Assembly: GCA_044866315.1 (NCBI GenBank)
Contig: JBIOTX010000195.1
Span: forward strand, 5,175-69,174
Direction: 5' to 3'
From: Thermoanaerobaculia bacterium
GTDB lineage: Bacteria > Acidobacteriota > Thermoanaerobaculia > Gp7-AA8
DNA length: 64,000 nucleotides
Part shown: positions 34,452 to 42,708 of the stretch, piece by piece
Position numbering within the stretch: position 1 is the stretch's first letter
Layout: the number at the start of each line of letters is the position of its first letter
Made by a program: the position numbers and the translations under genes
The notes under the pieces: model-generated
Told to the model about the DNA's origin: nothing
Database searches by the model: none
What the model saw: the letters and a program-made list of their open reading frames with translations, nothing else

Positions 34452-34814
34452 TCACGGCTCGCAGCAACCGCCCGCTTTGCGAATCTTCTTCGCGCGCGTC
34501 GCGTCCCTCTTCAGCTCCGGCACGTCGGCGAAGCAGGCTTTGAGGCAGTCGAGCAGCTTTCGATGAAACTCCGATTTGGCTGGCGCCATCGAGTAGTACA
34601 TCCAGAGCCCGCTCTTGCGTGTCTCGACGAGCTGTGAGCGGCGGAGGTACGCAAGGTGCCGCGAGATCGTCGGCTGCGGCATGTCGAGGATCGTCACAAG
34701 ATCGCCGACGCACAGCTCCCCTTCACGCAGGAGATGCAGGATTCGCAGACGCGTCGGATCGGAAAATGCCGCGAACTTATCGCTGACGGACTTGGAGGCG
34801 GCGCGCGGCGGCAT
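34452..34814 (-). CDS. arsR: ArsR/SmtB-family repressor
   Basis: FSDPTRLRIL, ELCVGDL, QPTISRHL and C-terminal CC. Confidence 0.9.
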   Translation of the reverse strand: MPPRAASKSVSDKFAAFSDPTRLRILHLLREGELCVGDLVTILDMPQPTISRHLAYLRRSQLVETRKSGLWMYYSMAPAKSEFHRKLLDCLKACFADVPELKRDATRAKKIRKAGGCCEP

Positions 34815-34839
34815 CGAGTAATTATACTGGCGCGGCTGC

Positions 34840-34855
34840 ATCCGCTTATGCGAAT
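34840..34855. promoter_or_regulatory. putative ArsR operator 1
   Basis: ATCCGC-TTAT-GCGAAT imperfect palindrome between divergent arsR and acr3. Confidence 0.7.
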
Positions 34856-34933
34856 ATATCGCGCCGTCACGTCGTGGCGTGGCAGACGTCACCGGCATCT
34901 CATGCTTCGCAGGAGAAAGGTACTTCAAGATCG

Positions 34934-36007
34934 ATGGCGACCGCCGTTCCGAAGCGAATGAACGTCTTTGAGCGCTACCTCTCGCTTTGGGTCGCGCTCT
35001 GCATGGTGGCGGGAATCGTCCTCGGCAGGCTTCTCCCTGCGGCAGTCCGCAACCTCCAGCATCTGGAGTTCGGAACCGGCAGTCAGATCAACATCCCGAT
35101 CGCCGTTCTGATCTGGCTGATGATCTATCCGATGATGCTCAAGATCGATTTCGGATCGATTGCGAACGTAGGGCGGCGGCCAAAGGGGCTCGTCATCACC
35201 GTCATCGTGAACTGGCTGGTCAAGCCGTTCTCGATGGCGTTCTTCGGATGGCTGTTCTTCCAGCATCTTTTCCTGCCGCTGATCGGACAGGAGCTGGCGA
35301 GCCAGTACATCGCCGGCGTGATCATTCTCGCCGCGGCGCCATGCACGGCGATGGTGTTCGTCTGGTCGTATCTGTCGGACGGTGACCCGGCCTACACGCT
35401 GGTACAGGTGTCCGTGAACGATCTGATCATGCTCGTGGCGTTCGCACCGATCGTGAAGTTCCTGATTGCCGGTGCGGCAGGGTTGGACGTGCCGTTCCGC
35501 GTTCTCCTCTACTCAGTGGTGATCTTCGTCGTCATCCCGCTCGCGTTAGGAGCGATCAGCCGTGTGCTTTTGATCCGGCGCAAGGGCGCGGGATGGTTCG
35601 AGCAGTTCACGTCGCGCTTCGCTCCGGTCACGATCGTGGCGCTGCTGGCGACGCTCGTCCTGATCTTCGCGTTCCAGGCCGAGAACATCACGACACGCTG
35701 GTTCCACGTGATCCTGATCGCGATCCCAATCCTGCTGCAGGTCTACTTCAATTCCTCTCTGACGTACGGCCTGATGAAGTTGTTCCGCGTCCCCTATCCC
35801 ATTGCCGCGCCGGGCGCGCTCATCGGAGCGTCGAACTTCTTCGAGCTCGCAGTGGCGACGGCGATCGCGCTGTACGGCCCCGGCTCCGGTGCGGCGCTGG
35901 CAACGGTCGTGGGCGTGCTCGTGGAAGTGCCGGTGATGCTCTCGGTGTGCCGGATGTGCGTGTCCACGCGGCATTGGTTCGTCCGCGCGGAGGCGCGACC
36001 GGCCTGA
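34934..36007 (+). CDS. acr3: arsenite efflux transporter Acr3
   Basis: FERYLSLWV, NWLVKPFSM, AAPCTAMVFVWS and GASNFFELAVA. Confidence 0.96.
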   Translation: MATAVPKRMNVFERYLSLWVALCMVAGIVLGRLLPAAVRNLQHLEFGTGSQINIPIAVLIWLMIYPMMLKIDFGSIANVGRRPKGLVITVIVNWLVKPFSMAFFGWLFFQHLFLPLIGQELASQYIAGVIILAAAPCTAMVFVWSYLSDGDPAYTLVQVSVNDLIMLVAFAPIVKFLIAGAAGLDVPFRVLLYSVVIFVVIPLALGAISRVLLIRRKGAGWFEQFTSRFAPVTIVALLATLVLIFAFQAENITTRWFHVILIAIPILLQVYFNSSLTYGLMKLFRVPYPIAAPGALIGASNFFELAVATAIALYGPGSGAALATVVGVLVEVPVMLSVCRMCVSTRHWFVRAEARPA

Positions 36008-36031
36008 TTCGCACGGTGCCGGCGAATGGGC

Positions 36032-36061
36032 TTGGCCTGTATTCGCATAAGCGAGTATAGT
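36032..36061 (+). promoter_or_regulatory. sigma70-like promoter with putative ArsR operator 2
   Basis: TTGGCC-N18-TATAGT enclosing ATTCGC-ATAA-GCGAGT, an inverted near-copy of operator 1. Confidence 0.6.
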
Positions 36062-36152
36062 TTCCGTATCCGCTCAGGCGAATGCTGGCGGCTTTGACGG
36101 CAGCGGCGGTCATCGCGAGCCTTATCATCTTTCGGCGCGAGCGTTGAGCGAG

Positions 36153-36752
36153 TCAGCAGCGCGACGATGAAAGCTTGCCGTCGCTAGCACACGCGGGAGC
36201 GCACGCGTCGCCACGCTCGAACGCGATCGGAGCACCGTTGCGCCCCAGGTCGATGGCGCAGCACTGGTCGAAGGCTGAGCGCAGTTTCGTACGCGCGCGC
36301 TGCACGCGGGACTTCAGCGTGGAAAGCGGGATGCCGAGCGATGCGGCCAAATCGGTCTGTGCTTCACCTTGCAGATCGATGCGACGGAGGAGTTCGGCGT
36401 CGGACGCGGAAAGCATCCGAAGCATCGGATCGAGGCAGTCGCTGAGATTGCCGATGGCACGGTCGGCCGGATCGACGTCGTCGGTCTCGGGCACGTCGCC
36501 AAAGCTGTCGAGGTCCACCGATGGCCGATGCTGCCGGTAGTACTCGGCGACGGCGTTCCGCGTCACGGTGAAGAGCCAAGCGCGCACGGAGTCGGCGTCG
36601 ATCTCGGCGCGGCGCTCCAGCAGCTTCACCATCACCGACTGCACGACGTCGTCGGCATCGCCGGGATTCACGCGTCGCGCGACGAAGACGCGCAGGCGAT
36701 CCCCGAGCTCGTGCCACGCGGCGGCAACATCGATGGTCTGTTCGGCTTGCAT
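36153..36752 (-). CDS. sigZ: SigZ-like ECF sigma factor with Cys-rich tail
   Basis: DADDVVQ, AWLFTVTRN, STLKSRVQRAR.KL and QCC...CAPAC...C. Confidence 0.85.
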   Translation of the reverse strand: MQAEQTIDVAAAWHELGDRLRVFVARRVNPGDADDVVQSVMVKLLERRAEIDADSVRAWLFTVTRNAVAEYYRQHRPSVDLDSFGDVPETDDVDPADRAIGNLSDCLDPMLRMLSASDAELLRRIDLQGEAQTDLAASLGIPLSTLKSRVQRARTKLRSAFDQCCAIDLGRNGAPIAFERGDACAPACASDGKLSSSRC

Positions 36753-36767
36753 TGGTCCCCCCAAAGA

Positions 36768-36836
36768 TAGACGGAAACGGGCGGCAAAAGACGCATCGCG
36801 TCCCGAAGTGCGTCTTTTCGCCGCCGTCTGCATCTC
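36768..36836. promoter_or_regulatory. back-to-back ECF-type promoters
   Basis: Minus strand TGCGTC-N16-CGTCTA; plus strand TGCGTC-N16-CATCTC; both -35 elements followed by TTTT. Confidence 0.7.
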
Positions 36837-36854
36837 TGTGAACGGAGGACGACG

Positions 36855-38351
36855 ATGCAGACGAACGAGCTTCCCGTTGCAGTCATCGGCGGTGGTCCGG
36901 TGGGCCTCGCTGCCGCGGCACACCTGTTGGAGCGCGGCCTGCGCCCGGTCGTATTCGAGGCGGGGCCGCGAGTCGGTCACGCGATGCGCGACTGGGGGCA
37001 CGTGCGCATGTTCTCGCCGTGGCGCTACGTCGTCGATCACGCGTCGAAGCGAGCGCTCGCGGAGAGTGGCTGGATCATGCCGGATGAGGAAGAACTGCCG
37101 ACTGGACGCGATCTCGTCGAGCAGTATCTCGATCCGTTGGCCGCTCTCCCTTCGATCGGCGCGACCGTGCGTCTCGGCACGCGCGTGGCCGCCGTCTCGC
37201 GGCAGTTCGTGGACAAGGTAAAGACGCCGAACCGCGACGCGATGCCGTTCGTCGTGCGGACGATCGACACGGACGGCGTAGAGCACGACGTGCTCGCACG
37301 CGCGGTCATCGACGCATCGGGAACATGGTTCAAGGCGAATCCCATGGGCGCGAACGGCCTTCCAGCGCGTGGTGAGGCTGCGCACGCTGCGCGAATCCGC
37401 TACGGGATCCCTGACATTCTCGGCAGGGAGCGTGCGCGGTACGCCGGGAAGCGAACGCTCGTCGTCGGAACGGGTCACTCCTCCGTCAACAGTCTGCTCA
37501 CGCTGGTCGAGTTGATGGACCAGGACGAGCGCACGCGCGTGTTCTGGGGGATGCGGCGTAGCGCGCCCGGCAACGCGTTCGGCGGCGGTAATGACGACGC
37601 GCTACCCGCACGCGGCGCGCTCGGGACACGGCTGCGCGCGCAGGTCGAGGCCGGGAACGTGCGCATCCTCGCCGGCCTGCAGATCGGCGCCGTCCAGGAG
37701 AAGGGCGGGGCGCTCGTCATCAGCGACGTGAACGGAAACGAAGTGGCGCTCGTCGATGAGGTGATCGTCGCGACCGGCGCTCGTCCCGAGTTGGAGCTGC
37801 TGCGCGAGATGCGGCTCGATCTCGACTCGGCGCTGGAGAGTCCGCGCGTGCTTGGGCCGCTGATCGATCCCAACGATCACAGTTGCGGATCGGTGCGACC
37901 GCACGGCGCATTCGAGCTGGAGCAGCCCGAGCGCGGCCTGTTCATCGTCGGCATGAAAAGCTACGGGCGCGCGCCGACCTTCCTGCTCGCCACCGGATAC
38001 GAGCAGGTGCGGTCGGTCGCGGCGTACATCGCCGGCGACTACGCGGCTGCGCGCGAAGTACTGCTCGATCTGCCGGAGACCGGCGTGTGCAACGTGACAC
38101 TCGGAGACAAAGACGCGTCCGCGGGATGCTGCGGCGCGGAAACAACGAAGGAGACAGCCATGGCCGAAGTGAGTGCAGTGCAGGAACCAGCGTCCGCGTG
38201 TTGCGGAGGCCCCGCCCCCAAAGAAGCGGATGCGTGCTGCGTAAAAGACGCCGACGCGAAGGCGGCCGGCGAATCGGGCTGCGGGTGCGGCACGGCGAAG
38301 CCGGTGACGAAGAGCGCACCCGCGGCCGCAGCGGCGTGCTGCGGGTCGTGA
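36855..38351 (+). CDS. flavin-dependent oxidoreductase of ars clusters (ArsV-like, tentative) with Cys-rich tail
   Basis: GGGPVG, WGHVRMFSPW, HSCG.V.PHG and GMKSYGRAPTFL; several CC pairs. Confidence 0.8.
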   Translation: MQTNELPVAVIGGGPVGLAAAAHLLERGLRPVVFEAGPRVGHAMRDWGHVRMFSPWRYVVDHASKRALAESGWIMPDEEELPTGRDLVEQYLDPLAALPSIGATVRLGTRVAAVSRQFVDKVKTPNRDAMPFVVRTIDTDGVEHDVLARAVIDASGTWFKANPMGANGLPARGEAAHAARIRYGIPDILGRERARYAGKRTLVVGTGHSSVNSLLTLVELMDQDERTRVFWGMRRSAPGNAFGGGNDDALPARGALGTRLRAQVEAGNVRILAGLQIGAVQEKGGALVISDVNGNEVALVDEVIVATGARPELELLREMRLDLDSALESPRVLGPLIDPNDHSCGSVRPHGAFELEQPERGLFIVGMKSYGRAPTFLLATGYEQVRSVAAYIAGDYAAAREVLLDLPETGVCNVTLGDKDASAGCCGAETTKETAMAEVSAVQEPASACCGGPAPKEADACCVKDADAKAAGESGCGCGTAKPVTKSAPAAAAACCGS

Positions 38352-38355
38352 CGCG

Positions 38356-39525
38356 ATGACGAGTCGCCCGACAGTGCTGGCGTCGATCGTCCTGGCGCTG
38401 GCGCTGCTGGGCGACTCGCTCCTCTATGCAGTTCTTCCGCTGCACGCCGCGACGTTCGGCATTTCGCTCGCGTGGGTCGGCGTCCTGCTCTCCGCGAACC
38501 GCATCGTTCGTTTGTTTGTGTATCCGTTCCTTCCGCGCGTGGCGGCGACAGGATTGCGACGTTTCACCATCACGGCTGCGGCGATCGGCGCCATCTCGAC
38601 GCTCGTGTTTGCGTTCGGACGCGGGGCATGGGTATTACTCGTGTCACGCCTCGCATGGGGCACCGTGTTCGGCGCGCTGTCGCTTTCAACGCTGGCGTAT
38701 GCCACCGAGCGAAGCGAGGTCGCCGGAAGACGCGTGGGACTGTCCCTTTCGCTGCGCGAGCTCGGGCCGCTTTTCGCTCTGACGTTCGGAACCGCTGCCG
38801 CTGCCTTCAGCGTGCGTGCATCGCTCCTGATGCTCGGCGTGATGTCGTGCGTCGGTATCTTCGTCGCGCTGCTGCTGCCCGATATGAGGATGCCGAACGC
38901 GGAGAGATCAGGCAACGTAGTGCCACGTCGATGGACGGCACCGATGCTCAGCTTCGCCGCCGGCTTCGTGACGGATGGCGTCTTTCCGACGACCATTGGT
39001 CTACTCCTCGCACGATCGTCGGGCGTGGGCGCTGCGGTGATCGGCACGGGAATGCTGCTCGGGCTCAAGCGTCTGGCCGTCGTGCTTCTCGCGCCGATCG
39101 GCGGAAATGCGGCCGACCGATTCGGCGTCGGCGTCGTGACGACCGCAGGGCTCGCGATCGCAGCAGTGGGCGCCGTTGGGATCGGACTCGATCAGGCGAT
39201 CGTTGGCGCGGTGTTGCTCAGTTGCGGAGCTGCGCTGACGACGACAACGATCCCGGCTGCAGCAGCGATAGGCCGCGGCGAGGAACGCGTCCGCTCACTC
39301 GCGCTCGTCGGAATGTCACGGGATGCCGGCGCGGCGCTTGGGCCGCTGCTGGCTCTGGGGTTGTTCGACGTGGTGGGAGCACCTGTGACCTACTGGATGG
39401 CAGCTCTCCTGTTAAGCGGATGCGCAGTGATGCCGATCGTTCCGATGATGCGTTCCGCAACATACGACGAGGTGCGGCGCGGCTCGCATAGAATGGCGCG
39501 CGATGGCGGTGGAGTCCGCCGATAA
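38356..39525 (+). CDS. MFS transporter
   Basis: LLGDSLLY.VLP, LLSANR.VRL and G..ADRFG; about 12 TM. Confidence 0.85.
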   Translation: MTSRPTVLASIVLALALLGDSLLYAVLPLHAATFGISLAWVGVLLSANRIVRLFVYPFLPRVAATGLRRFTITAAAIGAISTLVFAFGRGAWVLLVSRLAWGTVFGALSLSTLAYATERSEVAGRRVGLSLSLRELGPLFALTFGTAAAAFSVRASLLMLGVMSCVGIFVALLLPDMRMPNAERSGNVVPRRWTAPMLSFAAGFVTDGVFPTTIGLLLARSSGVGAAVIGTGMLLGLKRLAVVLLAPIGGNAADRFGVGVVTTAGLAIAAVGAVGIGLDQAIVGAVLLSCGAALTTTTIPAAAAIGRGEERVRSLALVGMSRDAGAALGPLLALGLFDVVGAPVTYWMAALLLSGCAVMPIVPMMRSATYDEVRRGSHRMARDGGGVRR

Positions 39526-39561
39526 CCGCTGACGATCCGCGTCGGCCAATGACTTCTGCGA
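39503..39561 (+). ncRNA. fluoride riboswitch (crcB motif)
   Basis: GGCGGTGGAGTCCGCC..AACCGC..hairpin..AATGACTTCTGC matches the consensus; TAGAAT at 39489; upstream of crcB. Confidence 0.9.
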
Positions 39562-39628
39562 TGACTGTGCATTTGAAATGGTCGTGTCGCGGGAGAACGA
39601 GCGACACGCCCGAGAAAGTGAGGCGTTC

Positions 39629-40009
39629 GTGGCTCGCTTCCTTCTGATTTGTCTCGGCGGCGCGCTCGGCACCGGTGCGCGATACATGGTCGCCGTCTGG
39701 GTGGCGCGGACGGTCGGAACCGCGTTCCCCTACGGAACGCTGCTCATCAACGTGGCCGGCTCGTTTCTCCTCGGACTGTTGATGCAGCTCTCGCTCTCGA
39801 CCCAAATGATCAGCGCCGACATGCGGTTGATCATCGGCACGGGGATTCTCGGCGGATTCACCACGTACTCGACGTTTAACTACGAAACGCTGGCGCTGCT
39901 GCATGAGGATGCGTGGGGAGTGGCACTCGCGAATGCAGCGGCAACGCTGATCGGCTGTCTGGTCGCGGGTGCATTCGGCATCGGCGTGGCTCGCGCGGTG
40001 GCGCAGTGA
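39629..40009 (+). CDS. crcB: fluoride channel FluC
   Basis: GGALG..ARY, FPYGTL.IN..GSF and GILGGFTTYSTF..E. Confidence 0.95.
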   Translation: MARFLLICLGGALGTGARYMVAVWVARTVGTAFPYGTLLINVAGSFLLGLLMQLSLSTQMISADMRLIIGTGILGGFTTYSTFNYETLALLHEDAWGVALANAAATLIGCLVAGAFGIGVARAVAQ

Positions 40010-40020
40010 AGGAGTCTTCG

Positions 40021-40362
40021 ATGAGAACGTTAACGGGCGAGCAAACGCTGGTGCGCATCTTCTTCGGCGAGTCGGACAAATGGCACCATCAGTCTCTGGA
40101 GGCAGCGCTCCTCGAGCGGTTGCGTCGCGAAGGATTCGCCGGCGCCACAGTTCTGCGTGGTGTCGCGGGATTCGGCGCGAATAGCGTGATTCACACAGCG
40201 CGTCTTCTCGATCTGTCGAGTGACCTGCCGGTGGTCATCGAGATCGTCGATTCGGACGAGCAGGTGCAAAGGCTTTTGCCGATCCTCGATGAGATGCTCG
40301 ATGACGGGCTGGTCACGATGGAGAAGGTCCGCGTTTTGCGATATGCCGCGGCGCGCCAATAG
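40021..40362 (+). CDS. DUF190 (PII-like) protein
   Basis: RIFFGESD, GATVLRG..GFG and LS.DLP.VIEIVD; typical crcB neighbour. Confidence 0.9.
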   Translation: MRTLTGEQTLVRIFFGESDKWHHQSLEAALLERLRREGFAGATVLRGVAGFGANSVIHTARLLDLSSDLPVVIEIVDSDEQVQRLLPILDEMLDDGLVTMEKVRVLRYAAARQ

Positions 40363-40489
40363 AGCGGGACAGCGACAGAAAGCGATGCGCGCCGCTAAAG
40401 GCGGCGAGCGTGGTGTTTGGGATCATCCGCAAAGCAAGTGGTGAGGCACAGCCTCCTGGTTGCGCTGCTCCTTGCGCTCTCACTGTTGC

Positions 40490-41310
40490 ATGCGAGGATC
40501 GTGATGTCTGCGATTCGGCTTCCGTCGGCATTGACGAAGACGTAGCGACTCACGACGCTACGTTCGCGCCACTCTTTCAACGCCTCGCGGCATAGCGTTG
40601 AGATCGGAACGACGGCCCACTTCTTGGTCTTCTTCATGAGCAGGCGAATGAACCCGCCGTCGAGATCTACCTGCGTCCACTCAAGGTTCAGAAGGTCCAT
40701 CTTTCGCAGGCCCGTCTCGATCGCGACGACAAAAACGCGCTTCAGGCTGCGAAAGCGCTCAAAGCGCATCGTCGTGGACTCGCTGTCGGGATTCGGACCG
40801 AAGCCGAACCGACGCGGCGCATTGAAGTGGCACATCCTCGAACCGGATCTTCTCGGTCAGCGGTGAGGCGCCGATGAGCTGACGTTTCACTGCATGGTTC
40901 ATGAGCGCTTTCATCGTCCGGGCGCAGTTGTTGACGTACGCGGGACTGCATTCGCCGAGCATCGTCGCCATGAAATCTTCGACGTCGCACGAACGAATGC
41001 TGTCGAGCGATCAGTCGTGTGAATGCGATGGTCCGGTAGATCGCGTAGGTCTTCTTCGCGCGCCGTGCACAGATCTTCTCCAGGTACTCGGTCACGAACG
41101 CGCCGAAGGTGATGACGGTTGGCCGCACCGTTGGTTCAGGCGCCGGCGCCTTGCCGCTGATCTCGTCGCGGAAGGCCTGCCACAGCCGGATGGCTTCTCG
41201 CGCGATTCGGCGTGCACCGTGCGCTCGCGCCGCAGCTTGCCGTTCGTCTTCGGGACGTAGAGGGAGAACTGGGCAACGTGCTTCTTGGGGTTGTAGTTCA
41301 AACCTGGAAA
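40490..41310 (-). pseudogene. second tyrosine integrase remnant, paralog of 32331-33399
   Basis: Near-identical blocks (YNPKKH, TMKALMNHAVKRQL, ETGLRKMDLL); several deletions; HxxR/Y region and start lost. Confidence 0.85.
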
Positions 41311-41311
41311 T

Positions 41312-41387
41312 TGGCTGTGGCGGGAGGATTCGAACCTCCGACCAACGGATTAACAATCCGCCGCTCTACCAGCTGAGCTACACCACA
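41312..41387 (-). tRNA. tRNA-Asn(GTT)
   Basis: TGTGGTGTAGCTCAGCTGGTAGAGCGGCGGATTGTTAATCCGTTGGTCGGAGGTTCGAATCCTCCCGCCACAGCCA cloverleaf, G73, CCA. Confidence 0.96.
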
Positions 41388-41474
41388 GCAATGATCGGGA
41401 GGGAGGTGGATGGTCGCCGATCGGATGGTTATTTGTCAATCGCCGCCGGCGCTTCCGGCATACTCTCCCGCGCG

Positions 41475-41843
41475 ATGAACAGGATCGAGGAGATGCTGGA
41501 CGGGCTGCGGAAGGAAAGGGACCGTCTGGCGACGGAGCTGGCGGAAATCGAGCGGGCCATCGCGGCGTTAGAGGGGTCGGCGGCGGCCCAGGATGGGCGC
41601 GTGCCGAAGGCCGGGCCGTATACGGCCATGACGCTCTTTGAGGCAGCCGCGGCGTATCTCGCCGAGGCGGGGGAGCCGCGGACGACGCGCCAGATCGCGG
41701 ACGCGCTCCTCCAGGGTGGATTCATCACGCGCTCGACCTACTTCGCGGGGATCGTCTCGACGATGCTCAACCGCAAGGAGTCGGCGCAGGAATTCGGGAT
41801 TCGCAGGACCAGGGACCGGAAGCGTTGGCTCGTGGGCCGGTGA
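41475..41843 (+). CDS. coiled-coil plus winged-helix-like putative DNA-binding protein
   Basis: Heptad N-terminus; AAAAYL.EAGEP.TTRQIADAL..GG...VSTML wHTH-like pattern. Confidence 0.7.
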   Translation: MNRIEEMLDGLRKERDRLATELAEIERAIAALEGSAAAQDGRVPKAGPYTAMTLFEAAAAYLAEAGEPRTTRQIADALLQGGFITRSTYFAGIVSTMLNRKESAQEFGIRRTRDRKRWLVGR

Positions 41844-41847
41844 ATGA

Positions 41848-42010
41848 TCCACCCGTGCATTCGTTGATTCCACGCGTGGATATCTCATCTGCACGCGTGG
41901 AATCGACGAATCCACGCGTGGAATTGATGAATCCACGCGTGGAAAACGTGACCACACGCGTGGATTCATCGATTCCACTCATCCAATCCACAATTCCACG
42001 CGTGGAAAGC
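41848..42010. repeat. 21-bp-period array of palindromic CACGCGTG cores
   Basis: Cores at 41850 (degenerate), 41871, 41892, 41913, 41934, 41955, 41976 (degenerate) and 41997. Confidence 0.92.
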
Positions 42011-42012
42011 CG

Positions 42013-42708
42013 CTATCCACGAATACGCTCGCGGATCACACGGATGCGCTCCACGGCCTCGTCCATGTCCGCGTGGACGCACAGGGTGTCGAAATGCAGC
42101 GCAACGCGGGTCCCATCGCGCGCGACGACGATCCCCTCCTCCACCAGCATGACCGCCTGCTCCGCGGCCTCGGGGACGGTGAGGCAGGAGCCGGGGATTT
42201 TTCGCGCGACGAGGGATCCGTCGGGCTCGTAGCGGCGGTCGGCGAAGGCTTCGCGGATGACGGGCGTCCCGGCCTCGCGGGCGGCGGCGGCCATTTCGGA
42301 ATGATCGGGCGCGACGAGGGCGAGCGCGGGATCGACGAGGCGCATGGCCTCGACGATGACCGCGGCCAGCGCGCGGTCCTTGTGGGCATCGTTGTAGAGG
42401 GCGCCGTGGGGCTTGACGTGGCGGACCTCGCCGAAGGCGCGGAGCGCGGAGATCTGGGCCACGAGCGAGGCACGCAATTCATCGGCAGGCATGGAGAGAG
42501 ACTTGCGGCCGAAGTTCTCGCGGTCGGGATAGGACGGATGGGCGCCGAGGCGGACGCCGTGCTCTCGCGCGCGCTCGGCGGCCTCGCGCATCGACTGCTC
42601 GTCGCCGTAGTGGCCGCCGCAGGCGACGTTCGCGGAGCGGATGAGGGGCCAGATCCGGTCTTCGCCGGGCGAGCCTTCGCCCAGGTCCGCGGAGAGGTCG
42701 ACGATCAC
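42013..42708 (-). CDS. pxpA: LamB/YcsF family, 5-oxoprolinase subunit A
   Basis: DL.ADLGE, ANVACGGH, GAHPSYPD, HVKPHGALYN and EAFADRRY. Confidence 0.9.
   Translation of the reverse strand: MIVDLSADLGEGSPGEDRIWPLIRSANVACGGHYGDEQSMREAAERAREHGVRLGAHPSYPDRENFGRKSLSMPADELRASLVAQISALRAFGEVRHVKPHGALYNDAHKDRALAAVIVEAMRLVDPALALVAPDHSEMAAAAREAGTPVIREAFADRRYEPDGSLVARKIPGSCLTVPEAAEQAVMLVEEGIVVARDGTRVALHFDTLCVHADMDEAVERIRVIRERIRG

Larger units (their letters stand above)
33649..41387. mobile_element. genomic island A at tRNA-Asn carrying arsenic and fluoride resistance genes
   Basis: Intact tRNA, att duplication and adjacent integrase remnant. Confidence 0.85.

Noticed and set aside
41848-42010. CRISPR array
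   Set aside because: The whole unit is 21 bp with only about 8-13 variable bases; no cas genes or leader
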